A stretch of DNA of 64,000 nucleotides from an uncultured virus (IMG/VR IMGVR_UViG_3300037420_000914) (Duplodnaviria > Heunggongvirae > Uroviricota > Caudoviricetes): the IMG/VR virus record IMGVR_UViG_3300037420_000914; one strand, 5' to 3'. Positions 8,556 through 16,207 of this stretch are shown here, piece by piece. Positions within the stretch are counted from its first letter, which is position 1, and every line of letters starts with the position of its first letter. The notes under the pieces are model-generated. The model was not told the DNA's origin. It searched no databases and saw nothing but the letters and a program-made list of their open reading frames with translations. The position numbers and the translations under genes are program-made.

Positions 8556-8785
8556 TTGCGGAACAACCCGCTTTTTTTGCGGAAGTCCGCTGCGAAATTG
8601 ATAGCGCCAAAGCCGCTCCGTTATTGGTAGGACGTGCAGGATTCGAACCTGCGACCAACGGATTAAAAGTCCATCGCAAACTCAAGGCAAATCAATGACT
8701 TACGTCTAAAATTGTTCCGCAAACACAGAGAAATCGCCCCTCGGAGAGCTAGTATTGGCGCGGGCCTGCGAAAATTTGCGGAACA
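8556..8785. other. attP: attP region with arm-type repeats and IHF site
   Basis: TTGCGGAACA at 8556-8565 and 8776-8785, inverted at 8713-8722, variant TTGCGGAAGT at 8577-8586; AATCAATGACTTA at 8690-8702 fits the IHF consensus WATCAANNNNTTR. Confidence 0.8.
8625..8672 (-). other. att core: 3' half of tRNA-Lys(TTT), not a complete tRNA
   Basis: Minus strand GGACTTTTAATCCGTTGGTCGCAGGTTCGAATCCTGCACGTCCTACCA has anticodon arm, T arm and CCA but no D arm or 5' acceptor strand. Confidence 0.9.
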
Positions 8786-8788
8786 TCT

Positions 8789-8995
8789 ATGAGCCACCCC
8801 AAGCCGCGCGAAATCACGCTCTCCGACCTCACAGAATTGCTCGAGAAGGCCGAGCGCGGTGAGCTCAAGAACATCGCGGTCAGGTTCGTCGACGACAAGG
8901 GCCAACTACACGAGCACACCGCCGGGTTCGATAGCGAGGCCGAAGCAGAGGCGGCGCTCACCGCACTACGCGAGGCCCAGGGCGACCTGCACTGA
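8789..8995 (+). CDS. Hypothetical protein (resembles 56888..57157)
   Basis: LTELLEKAERGELKN segment. Confidence 0.6.
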   Translation: MSHPKPREITLSDLTELLEKAERGELKNIAVRFVDDKGQLHEHTAGFDSEAEAEAALTALREAQGDLH

Positions 8996-8998
8996 GCC

Positions 8999-9253
8999 AT
9001 GAGAGAGCCGCTGGACATCCCCGTCCTCCCCAAGCCCGGCCCCACCCAGACCATCGAGGAATACGGCCGAGAGTGCGCCGCGGTGGGCCTTTTCAACGAA
9101 CGCGCCGCAGTGCTCCGGGAACTGGATCTTCTTGCTCGTGAGTTCGATGCGGCCGGCAAGCCGAATACAGCGCGAAAGGTGCGGCAGACGGCCGAGAAGA
9201 TCAACGCGCGGCTGCGCGAATCGTCACCCCCTGCGCCTTTCGCCGGCTCGTGA
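8999..9253 (+). CDS. Hypothetical protein
   Basis: Operon packing; GTGA coupling to ligase gene. Confidence 0.55.
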   Translation: MREPLDIPVLPKPGPTQTIEEYGRECAAVGLFNERAAVLRELDLLAREFDAAGKPNTARKVRQTAEKINARLRESSPPAPFAGS

Positions 9254-9918
9254 GCACGGTCGACAATTTCCGGCCCATGCAGGCGGCTGAGTCGCCCGTC
9301 AAGGCCTTCACCGATCCAGACTGGATATTCGAGATTAAATTCGACGGTTACCGGACCCTGGCCGGGATAGAGGTGGATGATCAGTTTTCGGACCTAGGAC
9401 CTAGGTCGAAAAACTCATCATGCGTCCAGCTGCGCACGCGGACGGGCAAGGACTGCACGCGCTGGTATCCAGAGGTGGTCGACCAGCTCGCCACCCTGCC
9501 CGGTGGCCCGCACATTCTGGACGGCGAGGCGTGCGTTCTGGACGACATCGGCCGGGCCGACTTCAACCGTCTGCAGGACCGCGCGCGCCGGCGCTGCTGG
9601 TACAAGGACTGCGATCCGGTAACGCTGTGCCTGTTCGACATCCTCGTGCACGACGGGCGCGAAGTAACTGGCCTGCCTCTGGTCGAGCGCAAAGCGTTGC
9701 TGCAAAAGCTGCTGGCGCGCGCGCCGAAGCGATCACTGCTGTACGTGGGCGACTTTCCCGCCGATGCTGGCCTGTTCTCGCAGGTCGTGCTCGCGCTGAA
9801 GCTCGAGGGGTTCGTGGCGAAGCGCAAGGACAGCATCTACGTGCCGGGGGAGCGCACCTTCGCATGGCGGAAGGTGAAGAGGACCGGCTGGCAGAAAGGG
9901 CGGCGCTGGAAAGGGTGA
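9250..9918 (+). CDS. ATP-dependent DNA ligase adenylation domain protein
   Basis: Motifs EIKFDGYR, ILDGE, LFDIL, EGFVAK, WRKVK. Confidence 0.88.
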   Translation: MSTVDNFRPMQAAESPVKAFTDPDWIFEIKFDGYRTLAGIEVDDQFSDLGPRSKNSSCVQLRTRTGKDCTRWYPEVVDQLATLPGGPHILDGEACVLDDIGRADFNRLQDRARRRCWYKDCDPVTLCLFDILVHDGREVTGLPLVERKALLQKLLARAPKRSLLYVGDFPADAGLFSQVVLALKLEGFVAKRKDSIYVPGERTFAWRKVKRTGWQKGRRWKG

Positions 9919-10168
9919 TGCGGGCCGGGCGCTACTCCGGCTGTGTGGGCGATAGGCGTGTGCCGACGCCTCGTTTTACCCTTCTGGCTGCTCTGTGGTC
10001 GGCCCTTCCAAACTAGTCCGTATCCGCTGGTCGGCGGGTAACACGCTTTCGCGCCTCCATAGAGGGCGGGCCATCACGCTCTTTCGGCAGCCGTCATCGT
10101 TACGCAGTCTCACCGAACGAAGTCTCGCTCCACTGATTAGCGTGTCTGCTCTCCACGCCGCCGCATCA
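9916..10168 (-). ncRNA. Candidate tRNA-like / C4-like structured RNA
   Basis: 8-bp closing stem TGATGCGG/CCGCATCA; flanking arms GCGTG/CACGC (10140-10158) and GCCGG/CCGGC (9924-9941); no credible ORF. Confidence 0.55.
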
Positions 10169-10194
10169 GGCGATATTGTCGTTCGGCAGCACCA

Positions 10195-10233
10195 AAGAGA
10201 AAAGCCCCTCCAGCCCGCGAAGGCCAGAGGGGC
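10195..10233 (-). terminator. Intrinsic terminator ending the late operon
   Basis: GCCCCTC...GAGGGGC stem followed by TTTTCTCTTT on minus strand. Confidence 0.75.
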
Positions 10234-10277
10234 GCGAAAGCGGCGGATTAGCCGCTGGAGACAACTGCAATCAGGTT

Positions 10278-10577
10278 TCAGCGGGCTCGGCGCGCTCGCT
10301 CGTCGATGCACCACTGCACCGTCTCGAAATATCCTGCGCCGTCGACGCAGTTATCTCGCTTCGGCGCGTTCACCTGCCGCGAGAGCTTCACGCAGACCAT
10401 GAACATGCCGACCTCTTCTGCGGTCAGGGGCTCTTTGAGCTTGTGGGCGAGCATGGCGCTGACCATGCCTGCCGTGCGCGAGAAGTCGTCGAGCGGATTT
10501 CCGTACGCCGCGTTGCGATCCCCATGGACCAAGCCTTCGGCCTCAACGAGCACACTGATGCGATCGGATGTAGTCAC
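10278..10577 (-). CDS. DUF6378-like protein
   Basis: GDRNAAYGNP..F...VKLSR...DNCVDGAGY pattern. Confidence 0.7.
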   Translation of the reverse strand: MTTSDRISVLVEAEGLVHGDRNAAYGNPLDDFSRTAGMVSAMLAHKLKEPLTAEEVGMFMVCVKLSRQVNAPKRDNCVDGAGYFETVQWCIDERARRAR

Positions 10578-10998
10578 GAACTTTCTCCGCCAATGATGCG
10601 TCGTCGCGGAGAAACCCGACGGCGCGGTTGCAGTGATTGCACAAGAGCGACCGAATCGCCCCTGTCGTGTGGTCGTGGTCGACGTGGAGCACGCGATGGT
10701 GTGGCGGCCAGTCTTCTACGGTAGAAGGGTCAAGGCCGCAGATCGCGCACTTCCCGCGCTGCGCTGCGGCCATTTCGTTGTACTGCTCCAGCGTGATGCC
10801 GTAGCGCTTCTTGAGGGCGTAGCGCTTGTCCTTGTCGACCCAGTATTCCTTCTTGCGAGTGCGCCGATATTCGACTTGCCTCCTCGCCAAGCAGGGGTAA
10901 CACTGCTTCGTCTTGCGCTCTGGGAATTTCGTTGGGTCAGTGCATCCGCAGTCTATGCAGACGCGCGGGGACGGAGTGCTATGCTCTGTGACAGCCAT
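10543..10998 (-). CDS. Endonuclease VII family (His-Me) putative homing endonuclease
   Basis: YGITLEQY...QRGKCAIC...LHVDHDHTTGAIRSLLCNHCNRAVG. Confidence 0.9.
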   Translation of the reverse strand: MAVTEHSTPSPRVCIDCGCTDPTKFPERKTKQCYPCLARRQVEYRRTRKKEYWVDKDKRYALKKRYGITLEQYNEMAAAQRGKCAICGLDPSTVEDWPPHHRVLHVDHDHTTGAIRSLLCNHCNRAVGFLRDDASLAEKVRDYIRSHQCAR

Positions 10999-11072
10999 CG
11001 TTGCCTCTCGAACAGGTGATGGTGGTTAGGGGCGCATCCGGGTGTTCCACCACTCGGTGCGCTCCGCCTATT

Positions 11073-11177
11073 CTATGTAGGCCGCCCATCTCGGACAGCA
11101 GATTTACACGTTTGGTCCGCGTCGCCGTGCACGAGGCCCTGCGCTTCGGTGAGGACGCTGATTCGTTCGGTCGTCAT
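11073..11177 (-). pseudogene. Orphaned original 5' end of the DUF6378-like gene
   Basis: Translates MTTERISVLTEAQGLVHGD then unrelated residues and a stop; AAGGA RBS; matches N-terminus of 10278..10577. Confidence 0.85.
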
Positions 11178-11241
11178 GGGTTTCCTTCTGGAAATCGTTT
11201 CTCATGCTGATCAATGTCAACAATGAGAAACACTTGCTCGC

Positions 11242-12501
11242 TTACGTGAGCATCTCCGGTGAAAAGTGAAGCGTCTGCGCCATCGCGCCATTCGCGTGAT
11301 AGCTGTGGCCTAGAAGCTCGCGCGCTGCGGCCAGCCCCTTGTCAGCGGCCCACGCGTTGCGCGCGGCAAGCGTCGGGTGCTGGTAGACCATCATCCCGCG
11401 CTCTTCCTTGCCGCTGTGCACGATGAAGTGCTTGTGGTGCATGTGGCCCGTGTGGCAGATGCGGTAGGTAGCCTGCCCCCACATCTGGGCGAAGTCCGCA
11501 GCGAAGATGCCCGGCAGCTCACCCAGCCGCGCCTTGTCGCCGTGATGCGTGGCGATCATCGTCTTGCCGAACAACATCGCCCAGTACGGACGGATCGACT
11601 GCTCCACGATCACGCGCGGCTCGCGCTCGAAGATGCGGGTGAACAGTTTGCGCATCCACCACGCCGATAGCGGATCGTGATTGCCCGGCTTGATCACCAG
11701 CCGCACGCGAGCGTACCGACGCAGGCCGTGCGTGACGGCCGCCTCGATCACCTCTGAGCCGACGTCAGCGATCTTGGGATAGCGGCCATCGACGTCCAGC
11801 AAATGCTTGCTGGCGGGGGTCAGCGGCGCATAGCCGTCCGAGTCAGTGAAGTCGCCCAGGATCACAAGCACCAGTTCCTGCGCCGCAGGCAGGTTGTCCA
11901 TCAGCCAGCAGGCACCGGTCAGAAGCGTTTCGCGGGCGATGCCCAAGTCCCAGCTGCCAGAACCGGTTTCCTTGTCCCAGGCAAGCGCGCCGACATGCCC
12001 ATCTGCGATCGTCACCTGGTTGAGGATGTTCGCAGGCCCCAGAACATCCGGCAGCGGCTTGGGTTGCACTGGCTCGACGCAGGCGATGCGCCGGTCTAGC
12101 GCCTCTTCGATCGCTGCCTCGCGTCCTTCTGGGCTTTGCCGCTCCCAGGTTCGTTCTACCCCTCCATCGGCGCCGCGCTGCACCGTGACCTTGCCCATGA
12201 GGTAACCGGGCGCTACGCCGCTGTCCCAATGTCCCGGCGCATGCCCTTTTCGCGCCTCGTCCACCGTTTCCCGGTAGGAGGAAAGGCGCTCTTTCAGTTC
12301 TTCGTACGAGGGCATCGGTTCGCCCTCAAGCGTCTTTCGATCCTCGCGCTTGACGAATCCGCGCTGCACGGCCATCGCAACGCGAGAGTCGAAGGTGCGG
12401 GACTGAACGCCATCCAGCAACTGCCAGCCGTGGGTGCCCTTGCGCTTATAGGCTTCTGCCGCCTGCAGCGCCAGAACGTCGGGCAGCGATGGCGTGGGCA
12501 T
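11242..12501 (-). CDS. Calcineurin-like metallophosphoesterase
   Basis: ADGH, LGD, GNHD, HHGD, GHMHH motifs. Confidence 0.85.
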   Translation of the reverse strand: MPTPSLPDVLALQAAEAYKRKGTHGWQLLDGVQSRTFDSRVAMAVQRGFVKREDRKTLEGEPMPSYEELKERLSSYRETVDEARKGHAPGHWDSGVAPGYLMGKVTVQRGADGGVERTWERQSPEGREAAIEEALDRRIACVEPVQPKPLPDVLGPANILNQVTIADGHVGALAWDKETGSGSWDLGIARETLLTGACWLMDNLPAAQELVLVILGDFTDSDGYAPLTPASKHLLDVDGRYPKIADVGSEVIEAAVTHGLRRYARVRLVIKPGNHDPLSAWWMRKLFTRIFEREPRVIVEQSIRPYWAMLFGKTMIATHHGDKARLGELPGIFAADFAQMWGQATYRICHTGHMHHKHFIVHSGKEERGMMVYQHPTLAARNAWAADKGLAAARELLGHSYHANGAMAQTLHFSPEMLT

Positions 12502-12504
12502 CGC

Positions 12505-12918
12505 TCACCCTTTCTTGACGAAAGTCGGCTCGGCGACTGGAACGCACACGCGAACAGCCGCATGGATCACCGCATGCTCGGCGCTCGCGATCTGCTCGTC
12601 GGTGGACGCAGGGTTGCGGCAGACTTCGATGAGTTCATGCAGTCGGACATGCCACACTTCATGACACGCGATCTGCTCGATGCTCATGTCGGTGACTGGC
12701 GTGTTGCCGAAGTCCGAGCCGATGCGATAGGTGGCAAGCCGCGCCGCCAAGTCGAAGCTGTCGACCTCGGCCATGTTCTTCTTGGCGGCGGGCTTGGTAG
12801 ACAGCTCAATGCGCCAGTCGCCCAGGCTCAATTCGCTTTGCCACTTCTGCACGTACAGAGCAAAGCAGTCCCGCCCCTGAGGGGTGACTGGATTCAGAGG
12901 TGCAGGCTTCTTCTTCAC
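12505..12918 (-). CDS. Small HEXXH zincin-like protein
   Basis: HEVWH plus downstream EH. Confidence 0.65.
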   Translation of the reverse strand: MKKKPAPLNPVTPQGRDCFALYVQKWQSELSLGDWRIELSTKPAAKKNMAEVDSFDLAARLATYRIGSDFGNTPVTDMSIEQIACHEVWHVRLHELIEVCRNPASTDEQIASAEHAVIHAAVRVCVPVAEPTFVKKG

Positions 12919-12920
12919 GG

Positions 12921-13232
12921 CTACGCACCCGGCTTGTACTTGAACGATCCTGTGCTGATGCGCTGCTGGTCGCCGTCTTCGTAGAGGATCAGAACCTCTT
13001 GCTTCTCCGGCTCGACGGCCCAGCAGGCATAGAAGAATCGGTGGTTCACCTTCGCCCAGGCGCCACGAAATTGAGAGCGCAATTCCTCTTTGATGCGAGC
13101 CAGCGTGGCGGCGTTGTCGCAGGGTCGGTCGACCAGATGCACTTCATCGCCGCTGATGTTGCTAGCGACCATTTCGTCGGCGGCCGCAGGCAGCGCGAAG
13201 GCGAGAGCCGCGACGAGGATCAGGTACTTCAC
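12921..13232 (-). CDS. Exported hypothetical protein
   Basis: Signal peptide MKYLILVAALAFALPAAA. Confidence 0.65.
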   Translation of the reverse strand: MKYLILVAALAFALPAAADEMVASNISGDEVHLVDRPCDNAATLARIKEELRSQFRGAWAKVNHRFFYACWAVEPEKQEVLILYEDGDQQRISTGSFKYKPGA

Positions 13233-13747
13233 GGCTTGTTCCTTACGGTTTCGTAGATCCGCTCGCAGACGGTGCCGGCCTGGTGGCTTTCGTCAGCAAA
13301 TCGGATAGTTCCGTTCTCAGCCTCTTCCAGCCTTCGCTGCACGTCGGCGAGCAAATCGGAGGTGGGGTCGGCTGGCGCGCTTCCGCCGGCAACGGTGACT
13401 GCGATGCGGGCTGCACGTACGGCTTGGGCTCGGGCTTCGGTAAGGGCGCTGGACAGCCGCTCACCAGCAGCGACAGAGCCGTCATAGCTGCTGCGAAGAG
13501 CAGCGTTCTCAGTGCGTGCATGATCCAACTCCTGTTCGATGGCTTTCGCCTTCGCGCGCTCTTCGGTGCGTACTTGATTGACAGCCGCGAGTTCGCGCTT
13601 CGCGTATTCGTCCTGTGCGCGCTTGTAGCCAGCCGCATCGCCGCGCGCGATGAGCGAGTCGGTGTAGTGGTTCCAGCCCCAGATGCAGCCGACGATCAGG
13701 GCGGCTCCGATCGCGACCTTCAGGAGCAGTGCGCCGATCGGGCTCAT
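13229..13747 (-). CDS. Inner-membrane spanin (Rz-like)
   Basis: N-terminal TM, coiled coil, C-terminal AGTVCERIY; downstream of endolysin. Confidence 0.8.
   Translation of the reverse strand: MSPIGALLLKVAIGAALIVGCIWGWNHYTDSLIARGDAAGYKRAQDEYAKRELAAVNQVRTEERAKAKAIEQELDHARTENAALRSSYDGSVAAGERLSSALTEARAQAVRAARIAVTVAGGSAPADPTSDLLADVQRRLEEAENGTIRFADESHQAGTVCERIYETVRNKP
13243..13521 (-). CDS. Embedded outer-membrane spanin lipoprotein (Rz1-like)
   Basis: Lipobox LVSGC, Pro-rich, nested in alternative frame of the i-spanin. Confidence 0.75.
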   Translation of the reverse strand: MHALRTLLFAAAMTALSLLVSGCPAPLPKPEPKPYVQPASQSPLPAEARQPTPPPICSPTCSEGWKRLRTELSDLLTKATRPAPSASGSTKP

Positions 13748-13968
13748 GGCGTCGTGCTCCCGGTGATTTCAGGGCCAGTGTGGTCTGGGTCAGGTGCGAT
13801 GCGCCCTTCCGCACAGTCGGTCATGTATTGGCAGATTTGCTCATGGGTCAGCCCATTGGGTAGCGTCCAACGCGGGCCAGCTAGAGCCCTCTTCATGCGT
13901 TCAATGTCGATATGGACAGGCGGGAGATCGCGCCCGTACTCTTCTGCAATCTGTTCGAAGTCAATCAC
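13744..13968 (-). CDS. Hypothetical protein
   Basis: GTGA/ATGA coupling; GGGAG RBS. Confidence 0.5.
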   Translation of the reverse strand: MIDFEQIAEEYGRDLPPVHIDIERMKRALAGPRWTLPNGLTHEQICQYMTDCAEGRIAPDPDHTGPEITGSTTP

Positions 13969-14171
13969 GGCGTGGTGCTCCCGACGGCCGCGGGCGAAGC
14001 CTTGGCTTTGAGGTTGGCGTAGTTGTACAGAGTGAGAACGCCTGCAATTGCGCCGGCCGCGACCGCATCGAGCTTGCCGACTGCCGCGAGCGCCGTGATC
14101 GCGACGAGCGCGCACAGGGCAACGCCGAACTTGCGCATGCCGCGCTGATTCTTCAGGTCGGTGTCGTTCAT
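13965..14171 (-). CDS. Two-TM membrane protein, holin/antiholin-like
   Basis: MRKFGVALCALVAITALAAVGKLDAVAAGAIAGVLTLY in lysis cassette. Confidence 0.6.
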   Translation of the reverse strand: MNDTDLKNQRGMRKFGVALCALVAITALAAVGKLDAVAAGAIAGVLTLYNYANLKAKASPAAVGSTTP

Positions 14172-14467
14172 CCCGGGAAGTCCTCCATGTGCCGCTGCTG
14201 GTTGGCCAGCGGGTGCCAGCACTCGGGCGCGAAGTACAGGACGCCGGCGCGCAGCACGTACGCGCACGGCCCGCGCTCGGTGTCGTGGCGCAGCGTCTCG
14301 CCGATGCTGGGGCGATCCAGGTCGCCATCCCATCCGATCACGCGGCCGTTCTGGCTGATGGCGTGGATGTCGATCTCGTGCGAGCCACAGCAACCTGGGC
14401 ACCAATGCCGCAGTACTCCGGGGCGCACCAGCTGGAACTTGCCGCCGCGGCACAGGCCGATTGTCAT
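14168..14467 (-). CDS. DUF6527-like protein
   Basis: HWCPGC..SH...WDGDLDRPS...ECWHPLA. Confidence 0.6.
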   Translation of the reverse strand: MTIGLCRGGKFQLVRPGVLRHWCPGCCGSHEIDIHAISQNGRVIGWDGDLDRPSIGETLRHDTERGPCAYVLRAGVLYFAPECWHPLANQQRHMEDFPG

Positions 14468-14970
14468 CACTGCACCGCCAGACACTGCGCGTGCAGCTCG
14501 AGTCGGTCTTTCCACAGCCCGGCGCAAACCTTGTTCGGCTGCGAGCAGTCGATGCCGTGGTACTTGCGCCAATCGAGAATGTGCTCGCAAGCCGATGCGT
14601 AGTGCTGCTGATTCAGCTCCCGCACGATCGTCGAGCCGCAAAAGCTGCTCGTGCCGATGTTGTAGGTGAGGGAGACGTAGAGGTCGAGCTCTTCCTGCGT
14701 GAGCGGAACCTTCACGCACCGCTTCACCGCTGCGGTGTATTTCGTGTCGATCGCACTGATGGAGTCGTGCAGCGCGCGCACTGGCGTAGTTTTGTCGCCG
14801 ATCTTGACCGGCGAGCCATCCGCTTTTTCGGTCTGCCCAAAGCCGAAGGTGGGGACGTCACCCTTCGTCGGGATGATGGCGTTATCGGTGTAGCTCTCGC
14901 GATCAACGAGGCTCAGGTAACCGACTGCTGACAGGCTCAGGGCCGCGACGGCGATGCGCACGCCTTTCAT
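14467..14970 (-). CDS. Endolysin, GH24 lysozyme, probable SAR type
   Basis: Weakly hydrophobic N-terminus; RES...GDVPTFGFGQT; YNIG. Confidence 0.9.
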   Translation of the reverse strand: MKGVRIAVAALSLSAVGYLSLVDRESYTDNAIIPTKGDVPTFGFGQTEKADGSPVKIGDKTTPVRALHDSISAIDTKYTAAVKRCVKVPLTQEELDLYVSLTYNIGTSSFCGSTIVRELNQQHYASACEHILDWRKYHGIDCSQPNKVCAGLWKDRLELHAQCLAVQ

Positions 14971-14977
14971 GGCTTAC

Positions 14978-15265
14978 TCAGTCGTCGCTATCGGGGATGT
15001 CCGCATCCAGCCGGGCCCGCAGAAGCTGCATGTGCTTTTGCTTGTACACCCAGCTCAGGATGAAGCCGCCCGCAGCGAACGCCATGCCGACCAAGATGCC
15101 CAGCACCGTCCACTGATTAACCGTCAGGCCGAAGACGACATCGGCCGCGACCGAAGGCCCTGCGGCAAGGGCTGCTGTCGAAACCGAAGCGACGGAAGTG
15201 CCCCCCCATTGCGCAGCACTTGCAGCTTTGGCCGCGAGCGTGTCTGGACTGGTCTGGATACCCAT
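14978..15265 (-). CDS. Putative holin
   Basis: GLTVNQW plus TM segment and basic tail directly upstream of endolysin. Confidence 0.7.
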   Translation of the reverse strand: MGIQTSPDTLAAKAASAAQWGGTSVASVSTAALAAGPSVAADVVFGLTVNQWTVLGILVGMAFAAGGFILSWVYKQKHMQLLRARLDADIPDSDD

Positions 15266-15279
15266 GGCGAAGGTTCCTT

Positions 15280-15615
15280 TCACTGGCTCTGGGGAGGTTG
15301 GGTTCGCGCGCGCTCGGCCTCGTAAGCCTTGGCGCAGTGGTTCTTCTGGACGTAATCAAGCAGCCGGCAAAGCACGCAGGCCCACTTCGCGCCGTCCTTC
15401 ATGGCGCGGTACGCTCGCGCGCTAATCGTTTCCTTGGGGTCTCCACCCGTCGCAGCGTTGGAGAGGTAGTCGTAGCCGATGGCGATGCGCCAGGCGCGCG
15501 GGCTGTTTCGCACAGCTCCAATAAGCATCCACGTAGAGGCAATGAGATGCGCCGGATGCGATAGCAACCACACGACGATCAACAGCAGCGCTCTCATATG
15601 GATGAGGCTAGGCAA
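15280..15615 (-). CDS. Hypothetical membrane-associated phage protein
   Basis: YDYLSNAATGGDPKETISARA...LCRLLD...NHC. Confidence 0.65.
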   Translation of the reverse strand: MPSLIHMRALLLIVVWLLSHPAHLIASTWMLIGAVRNSPRAWRIAIGYDYLSNAATGGDPKETISARAYRAMKDGAKWACVLCRLLDYVQKNHCAKAYEAERARTQPPQSQ

Positions 15616-15724
15616 AAATCCGCTGTTACTGTTGTGCTGTTACGAGTTCAGCGGGACAAACCTCCTATGCGAGCGGGACGAATTGCCCACCATGCAAGAG
15701 GTCGAGCGGCGATGTAATGGAGCG

Positions 15725-16207
15725 ATGCGCCCGAATCTGCACTTGCTGCGTACGCTGGCTGTTGGTTTCGCTCTATTGGTTGCGGGGTGCTCGCAACAGT
15801 ACGAAGTCGCCGTCAAGCAGCTCCTGAACGACCCGGAGAGCGCCAGGTTCTCGGAAGTGACGAAAGGCGTTTCATTGGGTGATGTGTGCGGCTACGTGAA
15901 CGCCAAGAACGCTATGGGTGGTTATGTGGGAAAGACGCCGTTCTACTACCGGGCCAACGGTGAGACGGCCGTCGTTCCCCCCATCGAAGACAACGACTTC
16001 CGCATCTACCTTTGGAACATCACGGGCAGCGATTCGGACAGGAGATACGCCGACCTTAGCCAGCGGTGCGTAGCCGTCAGGCAATGGAAAGAGGTGTGCG
16101 GCTTTGACCATCCCGGAGGCGTCCACCGGCTGTGTGACGTCCTTGTGCGGCAAGGCAACACCGCCAGCCTGTATCTCATTCTCGATAAGGAATTCAGATA
16201 CCGATGA
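15725..16207 (+). CDS. Lipoprotein (moron)
   Basis: Lipobox VAGC; LNDPESARF...VCGYVNAKNAMGGYVG; opposite strand to the late operon. Confidence 0.8.
   Translation: MRPNLHLLRTLAVGFALLVAGCSQQYEVAVKQLLNDPESARFSEVTKGVSLGDVCGYVNAKNAMGGYVGKTPFYYRANGETAVVPPIEDNDFRIYLWNITGSDSDRRYADLSQRCVAVRQWKEVCGFDHPGGVHRLCDVLVRQGNTASLYLILDKEFRYR

Noticed and set aside
8625..8672. Functional tRNA-Lys gene
   Set aside because: Only the anticodon arm to CCA is present; upstream sequence lacks the D arm and acceptor 5' strand, so it is an att core
9976..10402. ORFs 9976..10314 (-) and 9995..10402 (+)
   Set aside because: They cross a terminator and RNA-like stems and have no recognisable motifs
10518..11120. Group I intron or intein around Endo VII
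   Set aside because: Too little non-coding sequence for a ribozyme core, no intein termini, and the duplicated N-terminus makes splicing unnecessary
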